DNA of 60,170 bases from Neovahlkampfia damariscottae (taxonomy: Eukaryota): NCBI GenBank assembly GCA_016618085.1, contig JABLTG010000130.1, positions 1 to 60,170 of the forward strand, in the 5' to 3' direction. The notes beneath the pieces were generated by a model that was not told the DNA's origin, did no database searches, and saw nothing but the letters and a program-made list of their open reading frames with translations. This document shows positions 36,257-47,645 of the stretch, piece after piece (the stretch's first letter is position 1; each line of letters begins with the position of its first letter). Both the position numbers and the translations under genes were made by a program.

Positions 36257-38814
36257 TTATTTTTCCAAATTTATATCAATATTAACAGAAGTCTTTGGTT
36301 GAAATCTCATCGCGCTGTTTCTTGACTTTCGTTTTTTTATTATAAAAATATTTGGATATTCTAAAATCATCAGTGCGATCACTTTTTGAACAGATGAGTT
36401 ATTTTTTAAACTTTCTAAAAGGTCTGTTTTTGTTCGTTTTAAAAGAAGAGTACCCCAAACTTTTGAAAAATTAGTTGATTTGATATTTTTTCCTTACTCT
36501 TTCCCAATTCTTCAGCGTTCATTTGATTAACATCAGATTTTAAATGAATTTTGTGTAAAAGTGAAAATAAGTCTCTTGTGAGATCAAAATTACCAGCTGG
36601 TAATTCAAATAAAATAGTTTGTAATTGAGAAGTCACATCTTTTGGATCTTGACAAGAATTAAAACAAATAGAGTTACTTAGAGTATTCAAAAGACTTAAA
36701 AAATCATCATATTTATCATAAGTTAATAAAGGTGGATCTAATTCTTTAAAAAAATATTTCAAAGAAGAAGCAACCGCGTGAATATCTGATTGATTGAAAT
36801 TTATTTCGTCTCCTGATTGGAATAAAATTAAAATGAACAAATCATTTACCGTTATCAATTAATTTAATCAAATTTCCAACTTCTTGATTTCTTCCAGAAA
36901 TTTTAAAAATTCCTTGAACGTAATCTTTTTGAGCAAGATATTTAAACAATTGTTGATATCCAGGTGATATTATAGGTTGATTCTTCACCACTTGTAAACT
37001 ATTATCAGAACGACTTGTTACTAATTTCTTCGCTTTTAATCCACTTGAACCAATTTGCATATTATGTAATAAAACTTCTGCATGTAATGGTATTTGAGCT
37101 TTATCTACATATTCAAAAATATCTGATACTCTATCAACTGTATGAAACTTTGACCAAAATTTTTTTGAAACAAATGGTTTAAAAAAATTGATTATAGTTT
37201 TGTAAAGAAAAGTTGGATGTAAAAGATATAATTCCTTTAAATTCTTTTTAAAACTGTTGAAAAAAGTTGAGTAATTTTTTTTTTTTTTTACTCTCTTGAC
37301 ATTGAATTATAACAACTTAGTAACCAACTGAAACCTGGTTTTTTGACTTTGTTTGAATTATCAACACACCATACAATTGCGTAATTATCTTTTACAAAAG
37401 AGTCTAAAACTTTGATAATATGCAAAAAAACGAGATTTAAATCTAACTCATGAATAGCAATTTCAGTAAAACAAGCAATAGGTAATCCATGTTTAGTTTT
37501 TCCAGGAAATGTAATTAAATTTGCTTTCGCTACACTTGATGTATCAGTTAATTTCGCTTTTGATAAAGTCTTTTCATATGTAGTCGGAGGTATTTTTAAA
37601 TCATCTTCTTCTATATTTAGTAATGAATTCTTTTCATCTGAACTTTGTAATTTTGGTAATTTTGGAATGACACTGAATAATTCTGAAATGTTGAAAATTA
37701 TATTTTTTTTTTTTGACTTACGATGGTCTTGAGGTAAAACATCAAATTTTGATTGATGAAAGAAAACCATTTCATGAATACGTAAAACATTATCAAATGA
37801 TTGTTTATAAACAACGTCTTCTTTAAATGCTTTTGGTACCAATGCTTCTTGTTCTTTTTTCCAATTTGTGTACTCTTCTTTTGAACAAGGTACTTTCATC
37901 AAATAGTCAACTACTTTTTCTTGGTAGGCTTGAATAGTTTTATTCATTGGTATCATATAAGGTTCTTTTGATCCAAATTCAACTCCATTTGCTAAATTTT
38001 GAAGTAATTTGGAAATTAAAATCAAATTTCTTCTTCCTAATTTACCAACCGTTTGAATACCTAAACCTGAAATCTTTTCTGGAAACATAATAGAAGGGTT
38101 GAAAATTCTTCAAAAGAAAATTATAAATTTTTGTTTTTTTTCAAACCTTAGCATCATTAAGTTTCCTAAAATTGGTGAAATACTCCATTTTAATGAAAAT
38201 GAAAGGTCAGCTATAATTCTTGAAATGTAACGAATTTCAAAAGGTAAATCCACAAGAGCATCATGATTAAGGATTAAATCTAAAAATTCTGATGAAAATG
38301 CACTTAACATATCTGTTTGTTTGTTAACTTTTTCTTCTTTTTCTTCTTCATTTTCTATTTCAAATTTACTTTTTTTTTTTAATATAATTTTTTATGTTAC
38401 TTTGGGTCAACTTCTAAATTATTATCTGGATCAATTGTTTTCAAAATACAATCTTTCAAATGTTTTTCAATATAATTCGGAGTTAAATCTTTTATGAGAG
38501 CATCTATCGATTTTGTTGTTAAACTATTAGCCCTTAGAATAGTCTCTGAATTTTTATTTCCTGTGAACTCAAAATCAAGTATAATATCAAAATATCTTGG
38601 TAAGGTTCCTAGTACTTTTGCAATATGATACAGAGACTTTGCTAAAATGTCCAAATGTTTTTGATCATTGAGTGAAAAATAAACAATTCGCAGAAACCTA
38701 AAAAAAATTAGTTTTTTTTATTTACTCTTCATTTGTGGTTGCCACATAACCTAAATAGTCATATAATTCATGCTCTTCAAAACTGTCCAAATTAACGTTT
38801 TTTAGGTCTATCAT
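36257..38814 (-). CDS. RasGAP + CRAL-TRIO/Sec14 + RhoGAP multidomain protein
   Basis: TILRANSLTTK, LRIFNPSI and LISKLLQNLANG...KEPYM (RasGAP); YAIVW...KNLKELYILHPT (Sec14/BCH); GIFKISG, VASSLKYFFKELDPPLL, NQMNAEELG (RhoGAP). Confidence 0.85.
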
Positions 38815-38867
38815 TCTGATTGGTAGTTCAAACCCACATCTCATTGGATAATAATCTCACCATAAAA

Positions 38868-39985
38868 ATGTTGAAGACAAACACTAAACAAGCATTCAAA
38901 TTTTTAAGGTGTTTACATAAAGAAAAATTTGTCCAAATAAATTTTGATGAAGAGATTCCAATGCGAATTGACAATTTTTTAATTCAACATTTTGAAAAAA
39001 AATTTTCTTTCACTTTTTTTCAAAAAATAATAAGAAAAAAAGAAATTAGAGTTAATGAAAAGAAAATTAAAGACGCAAATTATAGATTGACAACAAATGA
39101 CCAAATTTTAATTCCAAAATTTTTATTGGAAAAACAGATTGAAATAAAACCAAAAAAATCACAACAAAAACAAAAAGTTGATTTAACGGAAGAACAGGTC
39201 GAAATTATAAAATCATGGGTTTTATATATGAATGATGAAGTTATAGTGATAAATAAACCATCTGGAATTTCAGTTCAAGGCGGAAATTCAAATGAAAAAT
39301 TTAACATTGATGCAATGTTAGATGCACTAAAATTTGATTATAAAGAAACACCAAAATTAGTTCATAGAATTGATAAAGTAATTGATTTAAATTTTTAAAT
39401 CCAAAGAATGTTTCTGGAAATTTAGTTATAGCTAGAAATAGAAAAGGTGCAATTAGAATGTTTGAATGGTTCAAAGATAGAGATGTTTTGAAAAAAATGT
39501 ATTGGGCTTTGATTGTTGGTAAACCACAACCAACATTTGGTCGAATAAAAATGAGATTAGAAAAAAAAGATAAAATGTATCCAATAGTTGATCAAACTTC
39601 AAAAGAAGGACAATTATCAATAACAGAATATAAAATTTTGGATTCTTCTCAAAAGGTTTCATTGGCTCAATTATACCCAATCACAGGAAGAAAACATCAA
39701 TTGAGAGTAACAAATTATTTGAATATTGAATATTTTTAGGTTCATTGTGCATCTGGGTTAGGTTGTGAGATCATAGGAGATTTAAAATATGGAACTGGAT
39801 TTTATGAATTTATGCCTGAATTTGATGAATGGGAAAATGTATTTTTGCATTCAAGAGAAGTTAGTCTACCATATATTGAGAACAATAAACGAGTAGTAGT
39901 TATAGCTCCTCTCTTTGATCATTTCTCAAAAATGATGAAAAAATTTGGTTTCAATGAAAAATATTACAAACAAGCACTTCAATAA
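38868..39985 (+). CDS. RluA/RluC-family pseudouridine synthase with S4 domain (likely organellar)
   Basis: MRIDNFL S4, INKPSGISVQ, VHRIDK catalytic motif, TGRKHQLR|VH, IIGDLKYG, LHS. Confidence 0.9.
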
Positions 39986-40005
39986 AGATAAACAAAAAAT
40001 TGGTT

Positions 40006-41276
40006 TTATCTTTTCTCTAAAAATGTTCCAAATGATATAGTAATTAATCCCAAAAGAATAATTCCACCACCAACGTAATCAAACCACAACAATTGTTCTT
40101 GAAATATAATGTAACCTAATATAACTGTAAAAGGAGTCATTAAGCATTGAAATCCTGAAGTAAAAGCTGGTCCCATTGCTTTATTTGCAACTAAATTCAT
40201 TGTCAATCCAAAACCAGAAGCCATAAAAATTGAATAACTTAATGGAATAAAACCTCTTGGATCTAATTTGAAAATTGAACGATCTTTGATGACATAATAA
40301 GTAAATAACATTATAAAATAAATGGATGCATATGCATTTGCCCATAAATTTACATCTAAAGGTGAATATGATACTTCTTCAATCGCTTCAACTGTCATGA
40401 TTGTTGATTGGCTCATTTCATCTGAATTATCAGCAGATGAATTCTTGATAACATAATCCCATTCTCCTTCGATATTTGCATCATTTGAAGTCTCCGAATC
40501 AGTAAATGATTTATTAATTCTAACACTAACATCAACATTATCTATCTCTCCAATTCCAACATTTGATCTTTTTCTTGATGTAGATTCTTGTTGAATTTGT
40601 GAACTTCCTTTTGATTTATTGAACATAAATTTTCCTATTAAAATATATGAAGTTGTTGAAAAAACATTCAATAAAATGTAAAATGTTGCTAATACAATTG
40701 AACCTGACATTTGTGCTTCAAATAAATTATTAAAAACCATTATAAATGCACCAATAGAACTTAATAAAATTCCGGCAATTTTCATCCAAGCCCATACTTT
40801 GACAAATGAAAAAGCATCTAATCTGAATAGAATACTTAAAAATGTAGCACAAATAGGTGTTAAAGGCATGAATAATGATGTATAACCTGCACTGGAATTA
40901 ACAACACCATAAAGAGCAGTAATTGGATTTGCAAATGAACCAAAAAAACCTTAGAAATGAATTAATAAAATGTAAATTTACCCATTAACATAAAATATGG
41001 TGTATCAGAAAAATTATGAAATTTAATTTTAAACCTATTATTTATCAATGATAAAATAAATAAAACAGGAACACAACCAAAATTTCTTAAACATGAATAA
41101 AGCATTGGATGAATATACCTTTTGAGAAAAGTTAAATTTTTTTTTTTTCCAACAAACCATTCTGTCGTTGCTCTGAATAATATAATTTGACCTGAAAATG
41201 TGAGTTGTACTAATACAAGTAAAAATGATATTAGCAAAAAAAATAAAATTGCTTTTATTTTATCAGCTACAGCCAT
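40006..41276 (-). CDS. DMT/EamA-family transporter
   Basis: Two EamA-like multi-TM halves separated by a polar loop; C-terminal FQEQL...GGGIILLGL. Confidence 0.8.
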
Positions 41277-41325
41277 TGAAACGTCAACTGTATTTAAAAA
41301 ACCGTATTGATTGGTTAAAAAATAA
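41277..41325. promoter_or_regulatory. 49-nt bidirectional promoter with an ATTGG/CCAAT element
   Basis: GATTGG at 41309-41314 lies between divergent ATGs at 41276 (-) and 41326 (+); the same motif precedes most genes in the window. Confidence 0.6.
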
Positions 41326-42990
41326 ATGTCAAAGACCAACATCACAGAAAGTGAAAATGAAATAACAAAGAATATTGATATAGCCACACCAAAAGAAATG
41401 ATAAAATATTTCAAACAAGTGGATTCACAAATTTTTCAAGGCTTTCAATTATACCAGTCTCTTTATGATGATGAAATGTTAAAAAAAATTATGTTACTCT
41501 CAAAACAATTTAAACAATTTTATTCAAAATCTAAAAATTCAAATATATTTTTTTCAGGTGCTGGTACTAGCGGTAGAGTTTCACATTTTTGTTCACGTAG
41601 TTATAACTCATTTTTGAAGACAAATAATTTTTCTTATTTGATAGCAGGTGGTGATAAAGCACTTGTTAAATCACAAGAACAAGCTGAAGATTTACCAAAG
41701 CATGGTGTTCAAGATTTTACAAAAAATATTCAAGAAGAAGAAAATATCTTTGTTGGAATAACTTGTGGTCTATCAGCACCTTATGTAGCAGGTATTTTAG
41801 AATCAACAATGAACAATGATGCTATTAAGAAAATAGTTTTAGGCTTTAATCCATCAGATTTAGCTAGAACTACACCAATGAATGATTTGAATGGAAAATC
41901 ATTCAAAAAATTGATTAGTAAAAAAGAAACAGAAGAATTTTATGTTATAAATCCAATTTTAGGACCAGAAGCGATTACTGGTTCATCAAGAATGAAAGGT
42001 GGAAGTGCAACAAAGATTATATTGGACACAGCATTTGCTTGTTCTTTAATTAAAGAAGAATTGACACTTCCAAATGTATTTGATGTCATTCAAAAATTTG
42101 AAACAACAAAATCTTACACTTATTTCAATCAAAACGAAATTTCAAATTTCATTCAACAAGGTGGTGATTCATTAAAGAATAATGGAAGAATTATTTATCT
42201 TGGTTCTGAGAATGCTGGTATTTTAGGTTTCGTTGATTCAACTGAATGTCCTCCAACATTTGGTTCATCATTTCAAGATGTTCGTGGATTTTTAAAAAAT
42301 GGATGGAATTCATTGGAGAACAAGGAAAATGATTTATCTCATTTAGGTGATGATTATAACTTTTCTTTTGAAAATTTCAATCAAAAAATACTCCCAACAT
42401 TGAATTCAAATGATTATGTGATATTTTTGGGAATCAAAAATTTTAGTGATTGTTTGGAAACATTCAAAGAGATTTCATCCAAAATTAAAGAAAAAAATGT
42501 CAAAGAAGATTGGATTTTAATAACAGATGAAAAACTAAAATCAAATGATTTTATCAACAGAATTTACCTTCCCGAATTGGGACCATTTGAAGGTTTTAAT
42601 TGTTTTGCTGAATTTTCATTAAAATTGATATTGAACGCAATTTCAACAGGAGCTCACATTATAAAGGGAATGGTTTATACAAATAAAATGATTAACATGA
42701 AAGTTAGTAATTCAAAATTATATGAAAGAACTTTGAAGATTATTTCATCAGTGATGAATGTTGATTTGAAGATTGCAGAAGAAAGTTTAATGAAATCAAT
42801 TTATGGTGATGAATACATTGAACATTCCAAGAAAGATGTCTCATTTCATATTCAATCATGTGAAAATCGAACAAAAGTTGTTCCAATTGCTTTATTGATT
42901 TCAAGTGGACAAGTTGAATCCATTGAAGAAGCAAATAAAAAATTAAGTGAAAATCCTGTGATCAGAACAATCTTTAGTTCAAATAAATAG
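41326..42990 (+). CDS. Glucokinase-regulatory-protein (GKRP)/MurQ-family tandem SIS protein, intronless
   Basis: ITESENEIT..ID, GAGTSGR, LIAGGDKAL..SQEQAED, GITCGLSAPYVAG, GPEAITGSSRMKGGSATK, DSTECPPTFG, KLILNAISTGAHIIKG.VY.N.M...VSNSKLYER. Confidence 0.92.
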   Translation: MSKTNITESENEITKNIDIATPKEMIKYFKQVDSQIFQGFQLYQSLYDDEMLKKIMLLSKQFKQFYSKSKNSNIFFSGAGTSGRVSHFCSRSYNSFLKTNNFSYLIAGGDKALVKSQEQAEDLPKHGVQDFTKNIQEEENIFVGITCGLSAPYVAGILESTMNNDAIKKIVLGFNPSDLARTTPMNDLNGKSFKKLISKKETEEFYVINPILGPEAITGSSRMKGGSATKIILDTAFACSLIKEELTLPNVFDVIQKFETTKSYTYFNQNEISNFIQQGGDSLKNNGRIIYLGSENAGILGFVDSTECPPTFGSSFQDVRGFLKNGWNSLENKENDLSHLGDDYNFSFENFNQKILPTLNSNDYVIFLGIKNFSDCLETFKEISSKIKEKNVKEDWILITDEKLKSNDFINRIYLPELGPFEGFNCFAEFSLKLILNAISTGAHIIKGMVYTNKMINMKVSNSKLYERTLKIISSVMNVDLKIAEESLMKSIYGDEYIEHSKKDVSFHIQSCENRTKVVPIALLISSGQVESIEEANKKLSENPVIRTIFSSNK

Positions 42991-43021
42991 AATTGAAATA
43001 AATTTCAATAAAATATTGAAT

Positions 43022-43219
43022 TTATAAGAATATGTTATTTTTTCCACAAAGCATTTTCTTATTTTTTTGATGGATTTGTGGCTTCAGTAATGGAGTTTTT
43101 ATGTACAGATGGATTTGTAGTCCACATATCAGACAATCTTGAATATAAAAAAGAATAGCAATGACAGCAACACTTGGCAAACCTGTTGAAATTGATTGAA
43201 ATAATAAATTCTGAGACAT
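43022..43219 (-). CDS. Small hypothetical single-TM ORF (65 aa)
   Basis: ATG-initiated ORF with a hydrophobic segment; no recognised family. Confidence 0.25.
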   Translation of the reverse strand: MSQNLLFQSISTGLPSVAVIAILFYIQDCLICGLQIHLYIKTPLLKPQIHQKNKKMLCGKNNIFL

Positions 43220-43352
43220 CTGATCATTTTGTAATGGATCATGTTTTATCTGATCATTTTAATTTTTAAATTATCATTAACTTGATGGTTAAATTTCTTA
43301 AACAATTATTGTCGATCACTTTGGTGTGAAGTGATTGGTTAATTTCTCGACA

Positions 43353-44380
43353 ATGAATTATGTGGTTGGTGTTGATGGTGGCTCAACAAAAACTATAGCT
43401 AGTGTTGTTGATATTAAAACAAAAGAGGAGGTTTCAAATTTTACATCAGGTCCTTGTAATAAAAATAGTATTGGCCATGAAAAATCAAAAGAAAATATAA
43501 TTTCGGCTATTGAAGGTGCATTGAAAAAACTGAATATAAGCCATCAAGAAATAGCAGGTATATGTCTTGGACTTTCAGGTTTTGGTCCAGAAGAAGATCA
43601 ATTGAGAGCAAAAGGTTGGATGAAGGAATTTTTTGAACACAAATTAAAAGTAATTGTGTATAATGATGCTTTTACTAATTTGACTTCTGGAACTTTAGGT
43701 GTATTAAAAGGAATGATAATTATATGGTAAATAGAAATTTATTCTAAAAATTCAGTGGAACAGGATCAATCTGTTTTGGAGTAGAAGAAAAAAATGATGA
43801 AATAATTTCACACAGAGCAGGTTTTTTTTAAAAAAATCGGATTTATATTTAGGTGGATGGGGTCCTTTATTAGGTGATACTGGAAATGGATGGTCAATTG
43901 GGCACAATATACTTGAAAGTGTTGCAAAATTTCATGTGAGATTTTTTAAAAACCCTCAAATTTTTAAATTAGGACAATATTGGTGAAGATTCTTTATTAA
44001 TAGAAGAAATAAAAAATGAATTGAAAATTAATTCTGCAATGGATATCATTCCATGGACATATTCCGATTTGAAATGGGATAGAATATCAAAACTTGCTCC
44101 GATTGCATTGAAATGTGCTGATAAAGGTGATAAATTATCTATTGATATATTGAATAAAAATGTTGAGGGTTTGATAAAATGGGCAATCACAGTTCATAAG
44201 AAAATGTGTTGGAATGATGAGTTTACCATTGTTTTATGTGGTTCTCTTGTTACAAATGAATCAATTTATCAAAAATTAATATTTAAAAGATTAAAAGAAA
44301 TATTCCCTTTTGCTAATATTACACTCCCAAAAGTTAAACCTTCTGTTGGAGCTGCTTTGATTGTTTTAAAAAAAATTTAA
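43353..44380 (+). CDS. N-acetylglucosamine/MurNAc kinase, BadF/BadG/BcrA/BcrD (NAGK/MurK) family, 4 exons
   Basis: GVDGGSTKT, GPCN, LGLSG, YNDA, IC|GTGS, RA|GGWGPLLGDTGNG, LCGS, GAA. Confidence 0.9.
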
Positions 44381-44564
44381 CTCAAAAACTTTCGTAATTG
44401 GTGAATAAAATGATTTGATATCTCATTAAATTGTATTTTGTTTTCAAAAAGATAAAAAAATTTCCATTTAATTTTTCTCAACAAACCAATAAAAACTACT
44501 CCACAAGATTTTCTGATCTAAATTTAGAATTCATTGTAGTTGGTTGAGTTAGTTCTTACAAAAA

Positions 44565-47018
44565 ATGTTTTTCAAAAAATCAAGTGTAAAAGAACAATCA
44601 ACGTCCCAAAAACGTCCTCAAGCAAATTTTGAAACACAATGGAAAATTTTAGAAGAAGGACTTGACAGATTATTTGCTTTTATCGGCTCCGATATGAATA
44701 TACCTTACAATTTAAAAGAACACTCTATTTTATATTCGTATAATATTAATTCTCTAATATATTTTTTAAATAGAACAGTTTATAATCTTTGTACTCAAAA
44801 AGTTGATACTGGAAAATTAAGTGGTTCAGCAACTGAAATTTTATATGAACGTTATCAAAAATCAATCAACAAATATTTAAGAGATGTTGTTGTTGAGAAT
44901 TTAAAACAAAAACAAGCAGACGGTCTTTTATTAGAAGCTGTAAAACGTTGGAGAGATCATCGTTATATTGTTAGATGGATGGAAAAAGTATTTAATTATC
45001 TCGTAAAAAAAAAAAAAAAAAAAATTAAAACTTGTTATTGATAGGATAGATACTATACAAAACATAATAATAGAGATTCACTTAGAGACGTTGGTCTTAA
45101 ATGTTTTCAAGAAAATTGTTATCAAACAGTTAAAGAAGATATGAAAACAGCTCTTTTACAAAGAATTCTACAAGAAAGAAATGGTGATCAAATTGATCGT
45201 TCTGTTATGAAAGATGGTGTTTCTTTATTTATTGAAATGGGTTTAAATAGTTTAACTGCATATGAACAAGATTTTGAAGCTCCTCTTCTGTCAGCAACAA
45301 GTACTTTTTATAAACATGAAAGTGGTCTTTGGATTTCACAAGATTCATGTCCTTCTTATATGAAAAAAGCTGAAGATCGTCTTAATGAAGAACATGCTCG
45401 TTGTAAAAATTATCTTCATTCTTCAACTGAACCAAATCTCATTAAAAAAGTTGAAGCTGAACTTATCACTGCTCATTCAAAAAGATTATTAGAAATGGAA
45501 GGTTCTGGTCTTTTAAAACTTTTGGAAGATCACAAAATTGATGGTAAAATATTCTTTTGATTTTTTACAAATTAAAAAAAATAGATTTAAGTCGTATGTA
45601 TCGTCTTTTTAAAAGAGTTGGAAATCTCAAACCTATGTCTGAAATGATGAGAAGTTTTATTACAGAAGAAGGTCATGGTGTTATTAAGAAATTTGAATCA
45701 AAAGATGAATTAGATGTACAAGGTTATATTGAATCACTTTTAGCACTTCATGAAAAATATTCAAATCTTATTAATCAACAAATGGATAAAGATCCACTCT
45801 TCTTGGAGTCAATGAAAGATGTTTGAAAAAAAATGATAATTAACAATTATTTTAGGCTTTCACCAATTTTATTAATACAGATATTAAAAATCCACAAAGA
45901 AAAAATAAATCAACAACAGCTGAATTATTATCCACATTTTGTGATACTTTAATGAAGAATACAGATAAAGTAGGTGAAGAATTAGAACCACTTATGGAAA
46001 AAATTGTTGGATTATTTGGATATATTAGTGATAAAGATATGTTTAATGAATATTATCGTAGACAATTATCAAAAAGATTGTTAGTTGCAAAAACAAATAA
46101 AGATGCTGAAAGAAGTTTAATTTCAAGATTAAAAGTAAAAAAAAAAAAGATATTAACATTTTATTCAAGATGCGTTGTGGTGCTTCATTTACATCAAAAC
46201 TTGAAGGAATGATTAAAGATCAAAATTTATCAGCAGATTTACAATTAGCATTTAAAGATTATACAACAAAGAATGAAATAAAATTAGAAATGGAATTTAT
46301 TCCACAAGTATTAACAACTGGATTTTGGCCTGCTTTTAAAATTGATCAATTATCAGTTTCTAATGATTTTGATTCTTGTTTAAAATCATTTAAAAACTTT
46401 TATGATGATAGAACACAAAGTAGATCATTAAAATGGGTACATTCATTAGGAACATGTCAATTACTTGGTAGATATTCAGATGGAAATAAGGATTTAATGA
46501 CATCAACTTATCAAGCATCAATTTTAGTTTTATTTAATCAAAGTCCAAAAATGTCAGCAGGAGATATTCAAAAATCATTAAATTTACCATTTGATGATGT
46601 TAGAAAGAATTTACTTTCTTTATCAGTTTCAAAACAATGTCAAATTTTAATTAAAGAAGGAAATCCAAAATCTGTTCAACCAGATGATATTTTTGAAGTA
46701 AATGCAAAATTTACATCAAAACAAAGAAGAATTAAAATTCCAAATCTTGTTTTAAAAATTTCAGAAAAAGAATCAGAAGAAATTGATTCTTCTTTGAAAG
46801 AAGATCGTAAACATGCTATTGAAGCTGCTGTTGTTAGAATTATGAAAGCTAGAAAACAAATGTCACATCAAAATTTAGTGGTTGAATGTTCAAAACAACT
46901 TATGCAACATTTTAAACCTGATCCAAAAGATATTAAAAGGAGAATTGAAGATTTAATTGTAAGAGAATATTTAGAACGTGATGAATCACAATCAAATGCG
47001 TATAAATATTTGGCTTAA
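44565..47018 (+). CDS. Cullin (CUL1-like), multi-exon
   Basis: VYNLCTQK, FNYL|DRYY, DLSRMYRL, DKDMFNEYYRRQLSKRLL, VLTTGFWP, neddylation site VRIMKARK, REYLER..YKYLA. Confidence 0.95.
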
Positions 47019-47105
47019 AAAAATTAAAAAAATTTATATTTTATGACCGTTGGTTGTTATTGTTATTTTTGTCCAATTATTTTTGTTTTTTCAAAAAAGT
47101 GAGAA

Positions 47106-47639
47106 ATGTTATCAAGTGAAGTCAAGAAAGAATTAATTGAAAAATCAAAAGCTGTCAGGTTGAATGCTTATGTTCCTTATTCTCAATTCAAAGTAAAATA
47201 AATTTTCAAATTTAATAAAACAGGTCGGAGCTGCAATTTTGGCAAGTGATGGAAAAAGTATCAATTTTATTAATTTTTAAACAATTTTATAAAGTATATA
47301 CTGGTTGTAATGTTGAAAATATTTCCTATGGTTTGACAGTTTGCGCTGAAAGAAATGCAATTTTCAACATGGTAAAAAAAATAAATTAAAACTTTAAACA
47401 GATCGCAAATGGCGTTCAAAAAGTTGTTGCATGTACTGTATCAACTGAAAATGGAACTTCACCATGTAAGTAAAAAAAACGATTAATTTTTAGGTGGTGC
47501 ATGTCGTCAAGTTCTCGCTGAATTTTGTGATAGTGAAGTACCAATAACAATGATTTCAACATCAACAAATGAAGAAATAATTTCCAAAATGGATGAATTA
47601 TTACCAGGTAAATGTCAAATCGTTAAAGACTCAAAATAA
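47106..47639 (+). CDS. CDA: Cytidine deaminase (tetrameric type), 5 exons; not in the ORF track
   Basis: Spliced translation AYVPYSQFKVGAA...GCNVENISYGLTVCAERNAI...SPCGACRQVLAEF...ELLP. Confidence 0.93.
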
Positions 47640-47645
47640 AAATTT

